From Spirochaetia bacterium (GTDB taxonomy: Bacteria; Spirochaetota; Spirochaetia; PWKH01): a DNA stretch of 50,247 bases. Positions 10,178 to 19,017 of this stretch are shown here, in pieces. The first letter of the stretch is position 1; the number at the start of each line of letters is the position of its first letter. The stretch covers positions 1-50,247 of the forward strand of contig SKXS01000109.1 of NCBI GenBank assembly GCA_007128345.1. Direction: 5' to 3'. The notes under the pieces were generated by a model, which saw only the letters and a list, made by a program, of their open reading frames with translations, ran no database searches and was not told the DNA's origin. The translations under genes were made by a program, and so were the position numbers.

Positions 10178-10615
10178 ATGGGAGAGTTGAAGGCACCCGC
10201 GGGAGCCCGTACGAAAAAGCACATAGTAGGCAGAGGAACCGGTTCCGGCAAGGGGAGATCCTGCGGCAGGGGACATGACGGACAGAAGTCCCGCTCCGGA
10301 GGCGGCGTACGCCCCGGTTTTGAGGGAGGGCAGATGCCCCTCTACAGGCGGGTGGCACGTCGGGGATTCTCCAATTATCCGTTCAAGAAGACAGCTCTGC
10401 CGGTTTCACTTTCCGAGATATCCCGCTGCTTTGCTGACGGGGACATAGTGTCTCTGGAAAGTCTGAAGGAAAAAGGTCTGGTAAAGGGCAAGGATGTCCA
10501 GGTGAAGATTCTTGCCAATGGCGATATTGACAAGAAAGTTGTGGTGAAGGGTCTTGTGCTGTCCGCCTCGGCTGCTGAGAAGATTCAGCAGGCAGGCGGA
10601 GAAATACAGGCATAG
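10178..10615 (+). CDS. rplO: 50S ribosomal protein L15
   Basis: GRGTGSGKGRSCGRGHDGQKSRSGGGVRPGFEGGQMPLYRR. Confidence 0.93.
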   Translation: MGELKAPAGARTKKHIVGRGTGSGKGRSCGRGHDGQKSRSGGGVRPGFEGGQMPLYRRVARRGFSNYPFKKTALPVSLSEISRCFADGDIVSLESLKEKGLVKGKDVQVKILANGDIDKKVVVKGLVLSASAAEKIQQAGGEIQA

Positions 10616-10645
10616 CCGCTCGACGGTAAACGGGAATAGGGATCG

Positions 10646-11968
10646 ATGGCCAACAATGCGTTTTTTGATATTTTCAGAATAAAAGATCTCAGGAACAGGA
10701 TCGGGTTCACCCTGCTGATGCTCATGATCTTCAGGCTTGGGGTGGCGCTCCCGATACCCGGAATCAATGTGAATGCCCTGAAGATGTACTTCATGGCTCA
10801 GGAGAGTACGGGTGCCATCGGACTGACGGAGTATATCAACTTCTTCTCCGGGGGCGCGTTCACCAACTTCTCTGTCTTCATGCTGGGCATCATGCCTTAC
10901 ATATCCATGCAGATCATCATGCAGCTGCTGCTGCTGGTCTTCCCCAGCCTCAAGAAACTCAGCGAGGAAGATGGCGGAAGGAAGAAGATCCAGCAGTACA
11001 CCCGATACGGAACGATCCTTGTCTGTCTGATCCAGTCATACGTGGTGACGGTCTACGCCCGTTCCATACCCGATGCGATCACCATTCCCATGAACGCATA
11101 TGCGCCCATAGCCATGCTGACGGTTACCACGGGGACCATGTTCCTGGTGTGGCTGGGTGAGCAGATTACCCAGCGGGGTGTCGGCAACGGAATCTCCCTG
11201 CTCATATTTGCAGGTATTGTTGCGAGAATGCCCAACTCGGTGTTCGTGCTGCTGCGCACCGTACGGGACGGACTTCTGAACCCAATAGTTGTGATCATCG
11301 TAGCCGCCATGTTTGTGGTTGTGGTGTCTCTGGTAATTTACGAACAGCAGGGACAGAGGAAGATCCCCGTCCACTATGCAAAGCGCGTAGTGGGGAGGAA
11401 GATGTACGGTGCCCAGAGCACCTATCTTCCCTTCAAGATCAACCCCTCCGGAGTGATCCCGGTGATCTTTGCTTCATCAATCCTGGCGTTCCCTCTCCAG
11501 ATTGCCACATCATTGGGGCCGGAAATTACTTGGCTGGCGAGGTTTTCCCGGTGGATGAGTCCCCAGGGAACTCCGTACGTGTTAATCTATACCGTGCTGA
11601 TTGTGTTCTTTGCGTACTTTTATACGCAGGTAACCCTGAATCCGATCGAGATTGCCAAGCAGATCAGGGAGAACGGCGGGTCCATACCCGGCATACGGTC
11701 CGACAGGCTTGAGGAGTATCTCTCACGGGTGCTCAACCGTATCGTACTGCCCGGCGCGCTTTTCCTTGCGTTCATCGCAGTAATTCCTACGCTGGTGCAG
11801 CGATTCTTCGCGTTTCCCGGTTCGGTTGCCATGATCATGGGAGGCACCTCCCTGATTATTATGGTCGGTGTAGCCCTGGATACGGTCTCCCAGATTGAGG
11901 GGCATATGAAGATGCACCACCATGACGGACTGGTACGCAAAGGCAAGATCAGGTCGAGAAATCTATAG
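10646..11968 (+). CDS. secY: Preprotein translocase subunit SecY
   Basis: 440-aa polytopic membrane protein with FSGGAFTNFSVFMLGIMPYISMQIIMQLL and GEQITQRGVGNGISLLIFAGI. It occupies the distal spc-operon position. Confidence 0.96.
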   Translation: MANNAFFDIFRIKDLRNRIGFTLLMLMIFRLGVALPIPGINVNALKMYFMAQESTGAIGLTEYINFFSGGAFTNFSVFMLGIMPYISMQIIMQLLLLVFPSLKKLSEEDGGRKKIQQYTRYGTILVCLIQSYVVTVYARSIPDAITIPMNAYAPIAMLTVTTGTMFLVWLGEQITQRGVGNGISLLIFAGIVARMPNSVFVLLRTVRDGLLNPIVVIIVAAMFVVVVSLVIYEQQGQRKIPVHYAKRVVGRKMYGAQSTYLPFKINPSGVIPVIFASSILAFPLQIATSLGPEITWLARFSRWMSPQGTPYVLIYTVLIVFFAYFYTQVTLNPIEIAKQIRENGGSIPGIRSDRLEEYLSRVLNRIVLPGALFLAFIAVIPTLVQRFFAFPGSVAMIMGGTSLIIMVGVALDTVSQIEGHMKMHHHDGLVRKGKIRSRNL

Positions 11969-11986
11969 GACTGGAGAGTAAACAGT

Positions 11987-12100
11987 ATGAAAGTGAGAGC
12001 CAGTGTGAAAACTATATGCGATAAATGCAAGGTCATACGAAGAAGAGGGGTTGTGCGGATTATCTGCGAAAACCCCAAGCATAAACAGAGACAAAAGTAG
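11987..12100 (+). CDS. rpmJ: 50S ribosomal protein L36 (zinc-ribbon form)
   Basis: Not in the ORF track because it is shorter than 60 aa. ATG 11987 to TAG 12098-12100 encodes [37 protein letters not shown], the canonical L36 with CxxC...C...H. Confidence 0.9.
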   Translation: MKVRASVKTICDKCKVIRRRGVVRIICENPKHKQRQK

Positions 12101-12112
12101 GAGGCCGGTTTC

Positions 12113-12478
12113 ATGGCGAGAATTGCTGGTATAGATCTTCCGAACAAATCTGTGAAGATTGCCTTGACGTATATCTACGGGATTGGGAACACCTCTGCTC
12201 TCAAAATCTGTGAGAGTGCAAAGATTGACCCGGATACCCGTATGAACGACATATCTCCTGAAGAGGTCAATCAGCTGCGCAACCTGATTGAGAATGACTA
12301 CAAGGTGGAAGGACGTCTGAGGACTGAAACAGCGCTGAACATCAAGCGGCTGATGGATATAGGATGCTACCGGGGGCTGCGCCACAGGAAGGGACTTCCT
12401 GTGCGCGGACAGCGTACGAAGACTAATTCACGGACCAGGAAGGGCCGTAAAAAGACCGTCGCCGGTAAGAAGAAGTAG
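12113..12478 (+). CDS. rpsM: 30S ribosomal protein S13
   Basis: [12 protein letters not shown]...ALTYIYGIG and [27 protein letters not shown] is present. Confidence 0.95.
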   Translation: MARIAGIDLPNKSVKIALTYIYGIGNTSALKICESAKIDPDTRMNDISPEEVNQLRNLIENDYKVEGRLRTETALNIKRLMDIGCYRGLRHRKGLPVRGQRTKTNSRTRKGRKKTVAGKKK

Positions 12479-12498
12479 GGAAAAAAGGAGAGCATACA

Positions 12499-12876
12499 TT
12501 GGCCAAGGTGAAGAGAAAAGTCAAGAAGACTGTATACGAAGGAATGGTCCAGATTCAGGCTACCTTCAATAATACGATCGTAACGGTTACCGACCTCAAG
12601 GGCAACACGGTCTCCTGGGCAAGTGCCGGTGGACTCGGGTTCAAGGGAGCAAAGAAGTCGACTCCCTATGCTGCCCAGACTACCGCGGAAACTGCCGCAA
12701 AGAAGGCTATGGATTATGGACTGCGGTCTGTGCATGTGCATGTAAAGGGACCGGGCGTGGGCAGGGAATCTGCCGTCCGAGCGCTTGGGGCATTGGGGCT
12801 GCAGGTGAGAAGCATTCGCGACATCACTCCCGTCCCCCATAACGGGTGCCGTCCGCCGAAGACAAGACGAGTGTAA
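12499..12876 (+). CDS. rpsK: 30S ribosomal protein S11
   Basis: TTG start. [38 protein letters not shown] and [16 protein letters not shown]. Confidence 0.95.
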   Translation: MAKVKRKVKKTVYEGMVQIQATFNNTIVTVTDLKGNTVSWASAGGLGFKGAKKSTPYAAQTTAETAAKKAMDYGLRSVHVHVKGPGVGRESAVRALGALGLQVRSIRDITPVPHNGCRPPKTRRV

Positions 12877-12892
12877 GAAGAGGTAGGAGAGC

Positions 12893-13528
12893 ATGGCAAG
12901 ATATATAGGACCGCAGTGCAGGTACTGCCGAGCTGAAAGAAGGTGTCTGAATTTGAAGGGAGAACGCTGCCAGACAGGTAAGTGTCCCGTAAGAAAGAAA
13001 AAAGGGCCTCCGGGGAAGAACCCCCGTGACCGGTTCAAAAAGATATCCGACTACGGACTCCAGCTGAGAGAAAAGCAGAAGCTGAAAAGACTCTACGGAA
13101 TGCTGGAGAAGCAGTTCTACCTGACCTTCAAGGAAGCTGACCGGCTTCCCGGGAAGACAGGTGAAGAGCTGATCATGCTGCTTGAACGACGTCTGGACAA
13201 TGTGGTGTACCGGATGCGTTTTGCAGTGTCCAGAAATCAGGCACGGCAGCTTGTGACCCATGGCCACATTCTGGTGAACGGCAAGCGGGTGAACATTCCC
13301 TCGTACATCGTTCGTGAGGGCGATGAGATCTCTGTGAAGAGCCAAAGCCAGAAAATGATATCCATCAAGGAATCCCTGAGGGAGTTTACCAAGTCAGGGG
13401 TGTATCCCTGGATTCAGGTAGACCCTGATGCTATGAAGGGCACCTTTCTCGCGGTTCCGAGACGGACTGAGGTCACAGAGCTGGAGGACATCAACGAGCA
13501 GTTGATTGTCGAGCTCTATTCAAGATAG
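12893..13528 (+). CDS. rpsD: 30S ribosomal protein S4
   Basis: [15 protein letters not shown]... with an S4 domain: [42 protein letters not shown]. Confidence 0.95.
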   Translation: MARYIGPQCRYCRAERRCLNLKGERCQTGKCPVRKKKGPPGKNPRDRFKKISDYGLQLREKQKLKRLYGMLEKQFYLTFKEADRLPGKTGEELIMLLERRLDNVVYRMRFAVSRNQARQLVTHGHILVNGKRVNIPSYIVREGDEISVKSQSQKMISIKESLREFTKSGVYPWIQVDPDAMKGTFLAVPRRTEVTELEDINEQLIVELYSR

Positions 13529-13536
13529 GAGTAACC

Positions 13537-14589
13537 ATGGCGCGCAAAAACCTGTTGAAGGGATTCAAGAAGCCGAAGGGTATTACATTTGAGCACACCA
13601 AGGTTGATCCTGATTACGGGAAATTTACAGCATACCCTTTCGAGAGAGGATTCGGCACTACCATCGGCAATACGCTGAGGCGGGTGCTGCTGTCATCCAT
13701 ACAGGGGTACTCAGTGACGGCAGTTAAGTTTACCTCGTATGACAGTGAAGGCTCTCCCCATATTATTTCCAGTGAGTTTGAGGCTATTCCTGGTGTTGTG
13801 GAGGATACGCTGGAGATCATCAGCAACCTGAAGCAGCTCAAAATCAGGCTGCCCGAGGATATCGAACAGCGGGTACTGCTGGTGGAATGCAAGGGAGCGG
13901 GTGCGCTGACAGGCGAATCCCTGGCCAAAGACCAGGTGGAGATCATCAACAAGGATCTCGTGATCATGACCCTCATGGAAGATGCTAATATCGACATGGA
14001 GGTGCAGATTGATTTGGGAAGGGGATATGTGCCTGCTGAACTCAACGAGAAGTACATAGAGGAGATCGGCACTATTCCTGTGGATGCCTTTTTCTCACCT
14101 GTACGGAAGGTGCTCTACACGATTGAGAATACCCGGGTAGGGCAGCGCAGCGACTATGATAAACTGGTATTTGAGATTTATACCGATGGGACCATCACGC
14201 CGGAGAACGCGCTGGCCGAAGCGGCAAAGACCGCAAAGGACCACTTCACAATATTTATCAATTTCGACGAGGCCCTCGTAAGCAGTGATGATGAGATTGA
14301 TGAAGAAGAGGAACGGGTGCGCAGGATTCTCCACACGCCGGTTGAGGAGCTTGAGCTCTCTGTGCGTTCCAGCAACTGTCTGAAGAACGCCAACATCCGG
14401 AGCATCGGGGATTTAACCCGGAGGACGGAGGAGGAGATCGCCAAGACTCGCAACTTCGGTAAGAAGTCACTCACTGAGATCAAGGAAAAGCTCAAAGAGT
14501 GGAACCTCAGCCTCGGGATGACGGACTACAGCGTGCTGAAGACATCGACACGAATACCAGGGAACAAGGAAGAGGAACATGAAGCATAG
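13537..14589 (+). CDS. rpoA: DNA-directed RNA polymerase subunit alpha
   Basis: 350 aa. [20 protein letters not shown] is present. The C-terminal domain contains [23 protein letters not shown]. Confidence 0.96.
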   Translation: MARKNLLKGFKKPKGITFEHTKVDPDYGKFTAYPFERGFGTTIGNTLRRVLLSSIQGYSVTAVKFTSYDSEGSPHIISSEFEAIPGVVEDTLEIISNLKQLKIRLPEDIEQRVLLVECKGAGALTGESLAKDQVEIINKDLVIMTLMEDANIDMEVQIDLGRGYVPAELNEKYIEEIGTIPVDAFFSPVRKVLYTIENTRVGQRSDYDKLVFEIYTDGTITPENALAEAAKTAKDHFTIFINFDEALVSSDDEIDEEEERVRRILHTPVEELELSVRSSNCLKNANIRSIGDLTRRTEEEIAKTRNFGKKSLTEIKEKLKEWNLSLGMTDYSVLKTSTRIPGNKEEEHEA

Positions 14590-15037
14590 GATTGGATTTA
14601 ACAGACTGGGGAGAAAGAGCAGCCATAGAAAGGCAATGATCAGCAATATGGTCACCTCCCTGTTCCGGTATGAGCGTATTGAGACGACCAAGGCCAAGGC
14701 TCTGGAAGTGCGCAGACATGCCGAGAAGATGATCACCCGGGCCAAGGTGGATTCAGTTCATGCCAGGAGGATCGTTGCTGAGGATATCAAGGACAAGGCT
14801 GTGCTTGCGAAGCTCTTTACCGATATTGCTCCGCGTAACGAGTCACGTGCGGGCGGCTATACACGGATTCTCAAACTCGGCTACCGGAAAGGTGATGCCG
14901 CTGAGATGGTGCTGCTTGAACTTGTAGAACGAAAAGTGAAAACTGAAAAAGCGGCGAAAAAAGAGAAGAAATCAAAGAAAGACGGTAAGGAAAAAGCAGC
15001 GAAGGAAAAAGCTGAAAAAGAACATGCCGAAGCTTGA
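14579..15037 (+). CDS. rplQ: 50S ribosomal protein L17 with a Lys/Glu-rich C-terminal tail
   Basis: [24 protein letters not shown]... It overlaps the rpoA 3' end by 11 nt. The tail reads [32 protein letters not shown]. Confidence 0.93.
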   Translation: MKHRIGFNRLGRKSSHRKAMISNMVTSLFRYERIETTKAKALEVRRHAEKMITRAKVDSVHARRIVAEDIKDKAVLAKLFTDIAPRNESRAGGYTRILKLGYRKGDAAEMVLLELVERKVKTEKAAKKEKKSKKDGKEKAAKEKAEKEHAEA

Positions 15038-15073
15038 CCAGTGCCTGCCATGCGGGCATGAATACCGGGATGC

Positions 15074-15109
15074 AAACGGGTTGCCTCATCACAGGGACCC
15101 GTTTTTTTT
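15074..15109 (+). terminator. Putative intrinsic terminator after rplQ
   Basis: AAACGGGT (15074-15081) pairs with ACCCGTTT (15097-15104). The run of 8 T spans 15102-15109. The loop is long, about 15 nt. Confidence 0.6.
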
Positions 15110-15206
15110 GGGTATTTAAGTTCCTGCAGCCGCCGCTTCAGGGATGTTCCCGCGACCAGTACGTTGCATGCATGCCCTTAAGCTGTCATGAATTGTACGG
15201 GTTACC

Positions 15207-15236
15207 TTGACACGATGTGCACTATTTCACTATTAT
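15207..15236 (+). promoter_or_regulatory. Putative sigma70-type promoter of rny (TTGACA-N18-TATTAT)
   Basis: TTGACA at 15207-15212 and TATTAT at 15231-15236. A GGGGGGAAG SD and ATG 15264 lie downstream. Confidence 0.5.
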
Positions 15237-15263
15237 TGCCAAAAGACTACTGGGGGGAAGAAG

Positions 15264-16793
15264 ATGAGTGCAGTATTTTGGGTTATCCTTCCTCTCTTAG
15301 GTCTGATTCTAGGTTGGACATTACGCTGGCTATATGCCAAATTTCAGCTGTCCTCAGTCGAGCAAAAAGCATTACGATTGAGTCAAGAAGCGATAAAAGA
15401 AGCTGAAGCTAAGAAAAAAGAGATCCTTTTAGAAGGCAGAGACGAATTACTACGTGAGCGCAACCAGCAGGAGCGTGAATTCAGGGAAAGGCGATTTGAG
15501 ATCCAGAAGAACGAACGCCGGATTATTCAAAAGGAAGAAAATCTAGAACGAAAGCTATCTGAGCTGGAAAAACAGCGAAGAGTGCTGTCAGACCGGGAGG
15601 AGCAGTTACAGAGTAGAGAGCATTTGTTGACAGACGAAGAAAAAAAGTGGAAGGCAGAGTTGGAGCGGATAGCGGGGTTGAGCAGTGAAGAGGCCAAGTC
15701 GCTTATCATGGATTCCATGGAAACTGAAGCTAAGCGTGACGCACAGGTCCTGATCAATAAAATTGAGCAGGAAGCCCAACTGAAGGCAGAGAAAATTGCC
15801 CGTGACGTCATCGTTACTTCCATTCAGAGACTGGCTACAGATGTGAGCTCTGAAGTATCTATCAGCTCGGTGAGCCTGCCGAATGACGACATGAAGGGCA
15901 GGATCATCGGGAGAGAGGGTCGGAACATACGTACCCTGGAGACGTTGACCGGGGTGGACATCATTATTGATGATACACCCGAAGCCGTGGTGATATCTTG
16001 TTTTGATCCCGTGCGCAAGGAGATCGCCAAGATAGCCATGGAACGGCTGATCCAGGATGGCAGGATACATCCTGCCAGAATTGAGGAAGTGGTGCAGAAG
16101 GTCTCCAAGGAGATATCGCGTGTGATCAATGAAGAGGGAGAGAAGGTTATCTTCGATCTCCAGCTTCATAACATCAGTCAGGAAGGGGTACGGTCACTGG
16201 GACGGCTCCACTTCAGGACCAGCTACGGCCAGAATGTGCTGAAGCATGCCAAGGAGGTGGCTATTCTCTCCGGCATGATAGCGGCTGAGGTCGGCGCAGA
16301 CCGTGAGATAGCCAAGCGGTCAGGACTTCTTCATGACATCGGAAAGGGAATAGATACGGAGAGTGACGCGAACCATTCAGAGATGGGAGCTGAGCTTGCC
16401 AAGAAGATGGGTGAGGACCCCCGGGTAATCAACGCCATCCTATCACACCATAACGATGTGGAGCCTTCCTGCGTGGAATCGATTATCGTGCAGATAGCCG
16501 ATGCCATTTCAGCCTCAAGGCCCGGGGCAAGACGGGAAACCTTGAGCAACTATATCAGGCGGCTTGAGAATCTGGAGCATATTTCAGAGAGTTTTGAAGG
16601 CGTAGATAAAGCATATGCGATCCAGGCAGGCAGGGAACTGCGTATCCTGGTGAATAATGAGACAGTGGATGATGCCGGAGCGAAGGAACTGGCAAAGAAT
16701 ATTGCCAAACGTATAGAGACAGAACTGAGGTACCCCGGCCGGATTAAGGTAACCATAATACGCGAGACGCGGATTGTGGAATACGCACGATAG
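15264..16793 (+). CDS. rny: Ribonuclease Y
   Basis: ORF 15207-16793 trimmed to ATG 15264. The protein has an N-terminal TM helix (SAVFWVILPLLGLILGW), a coiled coil, a KH domain (GRIIGREGRNIRTLETLTGVDIIIDD) and an HD domain (LLHDIGK...HH). Confidence 0.92.
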   Translation: MSAVFWVILPLLGLILGWTLRWLYAKFQLSSVEQKALRLSQEAIKEAEAKKKEILLEGRDELLRERNQQEREFRERRFEIQKNERRIIQKEENLERKLSELEKQRRVLSDREEQLQSREHLLTDEEKKWKAELERIAGLSSEEAKSLIMDSMETEAKRDAQVLINKIEQEAQLKAEKIARDVIVTSIQRLATDVSSEVSISSVSLPNDDMKGRIIGREGRNIRTLETLTGVDIIIDDTPEAVVISCFDPVRKEIAKIAMERLIQDGRIHPARIEEVVQKVSKEISRVINEEGEKVIFDLQLHNISQEGVRSLGRLHFRTSYGQNVLKHAKEVAILSGMIAAEVGADREIAKRSGLLHDIGKGIDTESDANHSEMGAELAKKMGEDPRVINAILSHHNDVEPSCVESIIVQIADAISASRPGARRETLSNYIRRLENLEHISESFEGVDKAYAIQAGRELRILVNNETVDDAGAKELAKNIAKRIETELRYPGRIKVTIIRETRIVEYAR

Positions 16794-16811
16794 CGCGGAG
16801 CGGACATACAC

Positions 16812-17609
16812 GTGGCCGAAAAAACTGTAGCAGCCCTGTTTCTGGGTGACATATGCGGTCAGCCGGGATGCAGGGCTGTATTTATCGGGTTGAAGCAGCT
16901 CATTAAGGAATATAGGGCAGATGTGGTGCTTGCCAACGGTGAGAATGCTGATGACGGGTTCGGGATTACCCCGGAACTTGTATACCGCCTGGAAAATTCC
17001 GGAGTGGACGTAATCACATCAGGAAATCACATCTGGCAGAAGCATGATATCTATCATCTCTTGGAGAGTAGAAATAACATATTGAGGCCTGCGAACTACC
17101 CGCCGAAAGTCCCAGGCAAGGGTGCTATGGTGATCGAAACAAAGGGTGGTCCTCTGGGGGTGATCAATCTGCAGGGAAGGCAGAGCATGATGGCCATAGA
17201 CTGTCCCTTCAGGACCGGCAGGGAGCTTGTCGAACAGCTGCGCCAGAAGACACGTATGATTATCGTGGACTTTCATGCTGAACAGAGCGAGGAGAAGGAG
17301 GCTCTGGCTGTATATCTGGACGGGAAGGTGTCTGCGGTGCTGGGAACCCATACCCATGTGCAGACAGCGGACGAACGAATCCTCCCGAATGGAACCGCAT
17401 ACATAACCGATGTAGGCATGACCGGACCTGAGCACAGCGTCATAGGAAGCATTCCGGAACTTTCAATTGAACGCCAGCTTACCCAGATGCCGCTGAGAAG
17501 TGAAATAGCGGACACATCAACCATGATCAACGCTGTTATGGTGATTATGGATGCGCAGACAGGTAAGGCACGGTCAATTCAGCGGATCTGCAAGCGTTAT
17601 TCGGTATGA
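16812..17609 (+). CDS. ymdB: YmdB-type metallophosphoesterase (2',3'-cyclic-nucleotide phosphodiesterase family)
   Basis: GTG start. The motifs are FLGDICGQPG, NGENADDGFGIT, SGNHIWQK, VDFHAE and GTHTHVQTADERILPNGTAYITDVGMTG. It lies immediately after rny, as in Firmicutes. Confidence 0.85.
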   Translation: MAEKTVAALFLGDICGQPGCRAVFIGLKQLIKEYRADVVLANGENADDGFGITPELVYRLENSGVDVITSGNHIWQKHDIYHLLESRNNILRPANYPPKVPGKGAMVIETKGGPLGVINLQGRQSMMAIDCPFRTGRELVEQLRQKTRMIIVDFHAEQSEEKEALAVYLDGKVSAVLGTHTHVQTADERILPNGTAYITDVGMTGPEHSVIGSIPELSIERQLTQMPLRSEIADTSTMINAVMVIMDAQTGKARSIQRICKRYSV

Positions 17610-18322
17610 CGGGCAGTAAGAAGTATCCCCTTCTGGAAATTGCATCAAGACAGTTTCCCCAATATACGAGAGAACAGCTGATCTCATTCATCTACTGCAG
17701 GGAGATTGCCGCAGACGGTGAGCATCCCGCAGACCCACGCCACCTTGTTGACGAACATGCAGAGATCACCTTCGCGGTAAAACAGTACGTCTCCCGCGGA
17801 GGAGATAAACTGGCACACGCACTGAAGACCTGGCACATTGATGTGAGGGGGCTTGCATGTATTGATGCGGGAGCTTCCACGGGGGGGTTTACCGACTGCC
17901 TGCTCCAGCATGGTGCTGCACGCGTATATGCTGTAGACGTAGGGTACAACCAGCTTGCCTGGAAGCTGAGAAATGATCCCCGTGTGGAGGTCTGTGAACG
18001 GACAAATATCATGGAGTTCACAGGGGAAGCGGATGCGGCGGTTGCGGATCTCTCCTTCCGTTCCATCCGCAGGGCGGCATTCCATATCCTGTCGCTTACC
18101 AGGAGGCGATGGATGATTGCCCTGGTTAAGCCCCAATTTGAAGTCAGGCACTATGAGGCATTTGACGGGGTGCTTCGCGATGAGAAAACAATCAATCAGG
18201 TGCTCAGTGAAGTACGCAGCGGTCTTACGAAAGAGGGAGTGCATGTGGACAAGCTCATCCCATCTCCCATATTAGGAAGAAAGGGAAATCGGGAATATCT
18301 GGCCCTGCTCAGCGTTGCATGA
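17606..18322 (+). CDS. tlyA: TlyA-family rRNA (cytidine-2'-O)-methyltransferase (hemolysin A-like)
   Basis: ATGA overlap with ymdB. YVSRGGDKL, the SAM motif IDAGASTGGFTDCLLQHGAARVYAVDVGYNQLAWKLRNDPRV, and KPQFE are present. Confidence 0.9.
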   Translation: MTGSKKYPLLEIASRQFPQYTREQLISFIYCREIAADGEHPADPRHLVDEHAEITFAVKQYVSRGGDKLAHALKTWHIDVRGLACIDAGASTGGFTDCLLQHGAARVYAVDVGYNQLAWKLRNDPRVEVCERTNIMEFTGEADAAVADLSFRSIRRAAFHILSLTRRRWMIALVKPQFEVRHYEAFDGVLRDEKTINQVLSEVRSGLTKEGVHVDKLIPSPILGRKGNREYLALLSVA

Positions 18323-18887
18323 CAACGGGTAGCGGCCCGGCTATGACTTCATCTCCTGCAATAAGTAGGAACTGACGGACAGCATCAAGCATTCCCAGGG
18401 TTACGGCAAACTGCTTCAGCATGGCATCAGTTCCGTCTTCACCCAGAGCGGTCTCCCTGAGGATGTGGGGTGAAAGTTCAATGTACAATGCGGATCTGAC
18501 CAGTTTTGAACCAATATATCGGGTACCTTCCGGGATGCAGGTGATGTACCCTAGAGCAAGCTCCTCCGGGGACGGAGGAGCAAGGAGTGCAGTCACTGTA
18601 CGGTCATAGAGAGTCCTGGCATCAGCAGCAGGAAATGCGGGTATGGGGGAGATTTCTGCGAGCAGCTCTCTTTGGTCGAGTTTGACCAGTGCCCGCGGTA
18701 CCCCGGAGGTATAAGACAGACTGCTGCGGGCAGCTGTTTGCTGAACTGCAGGAAGGTAGCTCCTGATGTTTCTGACAATGCGAGGACCGGTTATGATTCC
18801 CGCAGCAATGATTATGCATGCCGGGATTATCCAGAGCCACCGGGGCATGCCGTTCTTGTGCTCCATGTGTGAAGGATACTGAATCAT
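18309..18887 (-). CDS. Membrane-anchored hypothetical protein, GerMN-like domain
   Basis: 192-aa ORF with an N-terminal TM segment (WLWIIPACIIIAAGIITG). The C-terminal pattern LLAPPSPEELALGYITCIPEGTRYIGSKLVRSALYIELSP...QFAVTLGML..V...LLIAGDEV resembles GerMN. The start codon is uncertain, with three in-frame ATGs. Confidence 0.55.
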   Translation of the reverse strand: MIQYPSHMEHKNGMPRWLWIIPACIIIAAGIITGPRIVRNIRSYLPAVQQTAARSSLSYTSGVPRALVKLDQRELLAEISPIPAFPAADARTLYDRTVTALLAPPSPEELALGYITCIPEGTRYIGSKLVRSALYIELSPHILRETALGEDGTDAMLKQFAVTLGMLDAVRQFLLIAGDEVIAGPLPVVMQR

Positions 18888-18979
18888 ATGGTGGAGCGCA
18901 AGGTTGAATGTTTGTCATGGAGAATTCTTTTTTCCTCCTGCGGTCTGCCGGTTTTGTCCGGCGGTGTATCTGTTTCTAT

Positions 18980-19008
18980 TTGACAACACTTTTAAAAGTA
19001 CGTATAGT
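18980..19008 (+). promoter_or_regulatory. Putative sigma70-type promoter of ptsI (TTGACA-N17-TATAGT)
   Basis: TTGACA at 18980-18985 and TATAGT at 19003-19008. The ptsI ATG (19018) begins 10 nt after the -10 hexamer, and there is no SD. Confidence 0.55.
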
Positions 19009-19017
19009 AAATACGCA

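Noticed and set aside
15165-15177. The palindromic word GCATGCATGCC is shared between the rplQ-rny spacer and the clpS-clpA spacer (43466-43476).
   Set aside because: Sharing an 11-mer between two sites in 50 kb is expected by chance. There is no extended similarity around the two sites.
15188-15406. A 72-aa ORF, and the 19-codon N-terminal extension of the rny ORF (start at 15207).
   Set aside because: The '15207 start' is the TTG of the predicted -35 box. ATG 15264 has a strong SD and yields the canonical RNase Y TM N-terminus. The 72-aa ORF overlaps it out of frame with no support.
18622-18918. A 98-aa Cys/His-rich ORF on the - strand, preceded by AGGAGG.
   Set aside because: The SD lies 15 nt from the ATG, which is too far. 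The ORF overlaps the GerMN-like ORF out of frame. Its composition looks like a frame-shifted reading of that gene.
18904-19017. A 38-codon N-terminal extension of ptsI in the ORF track.
   Set aside because: It is non-homologous Phe/Cys-rich sequence and contains a consensus promoter. Enzyme I homology begins at ATG 19018.
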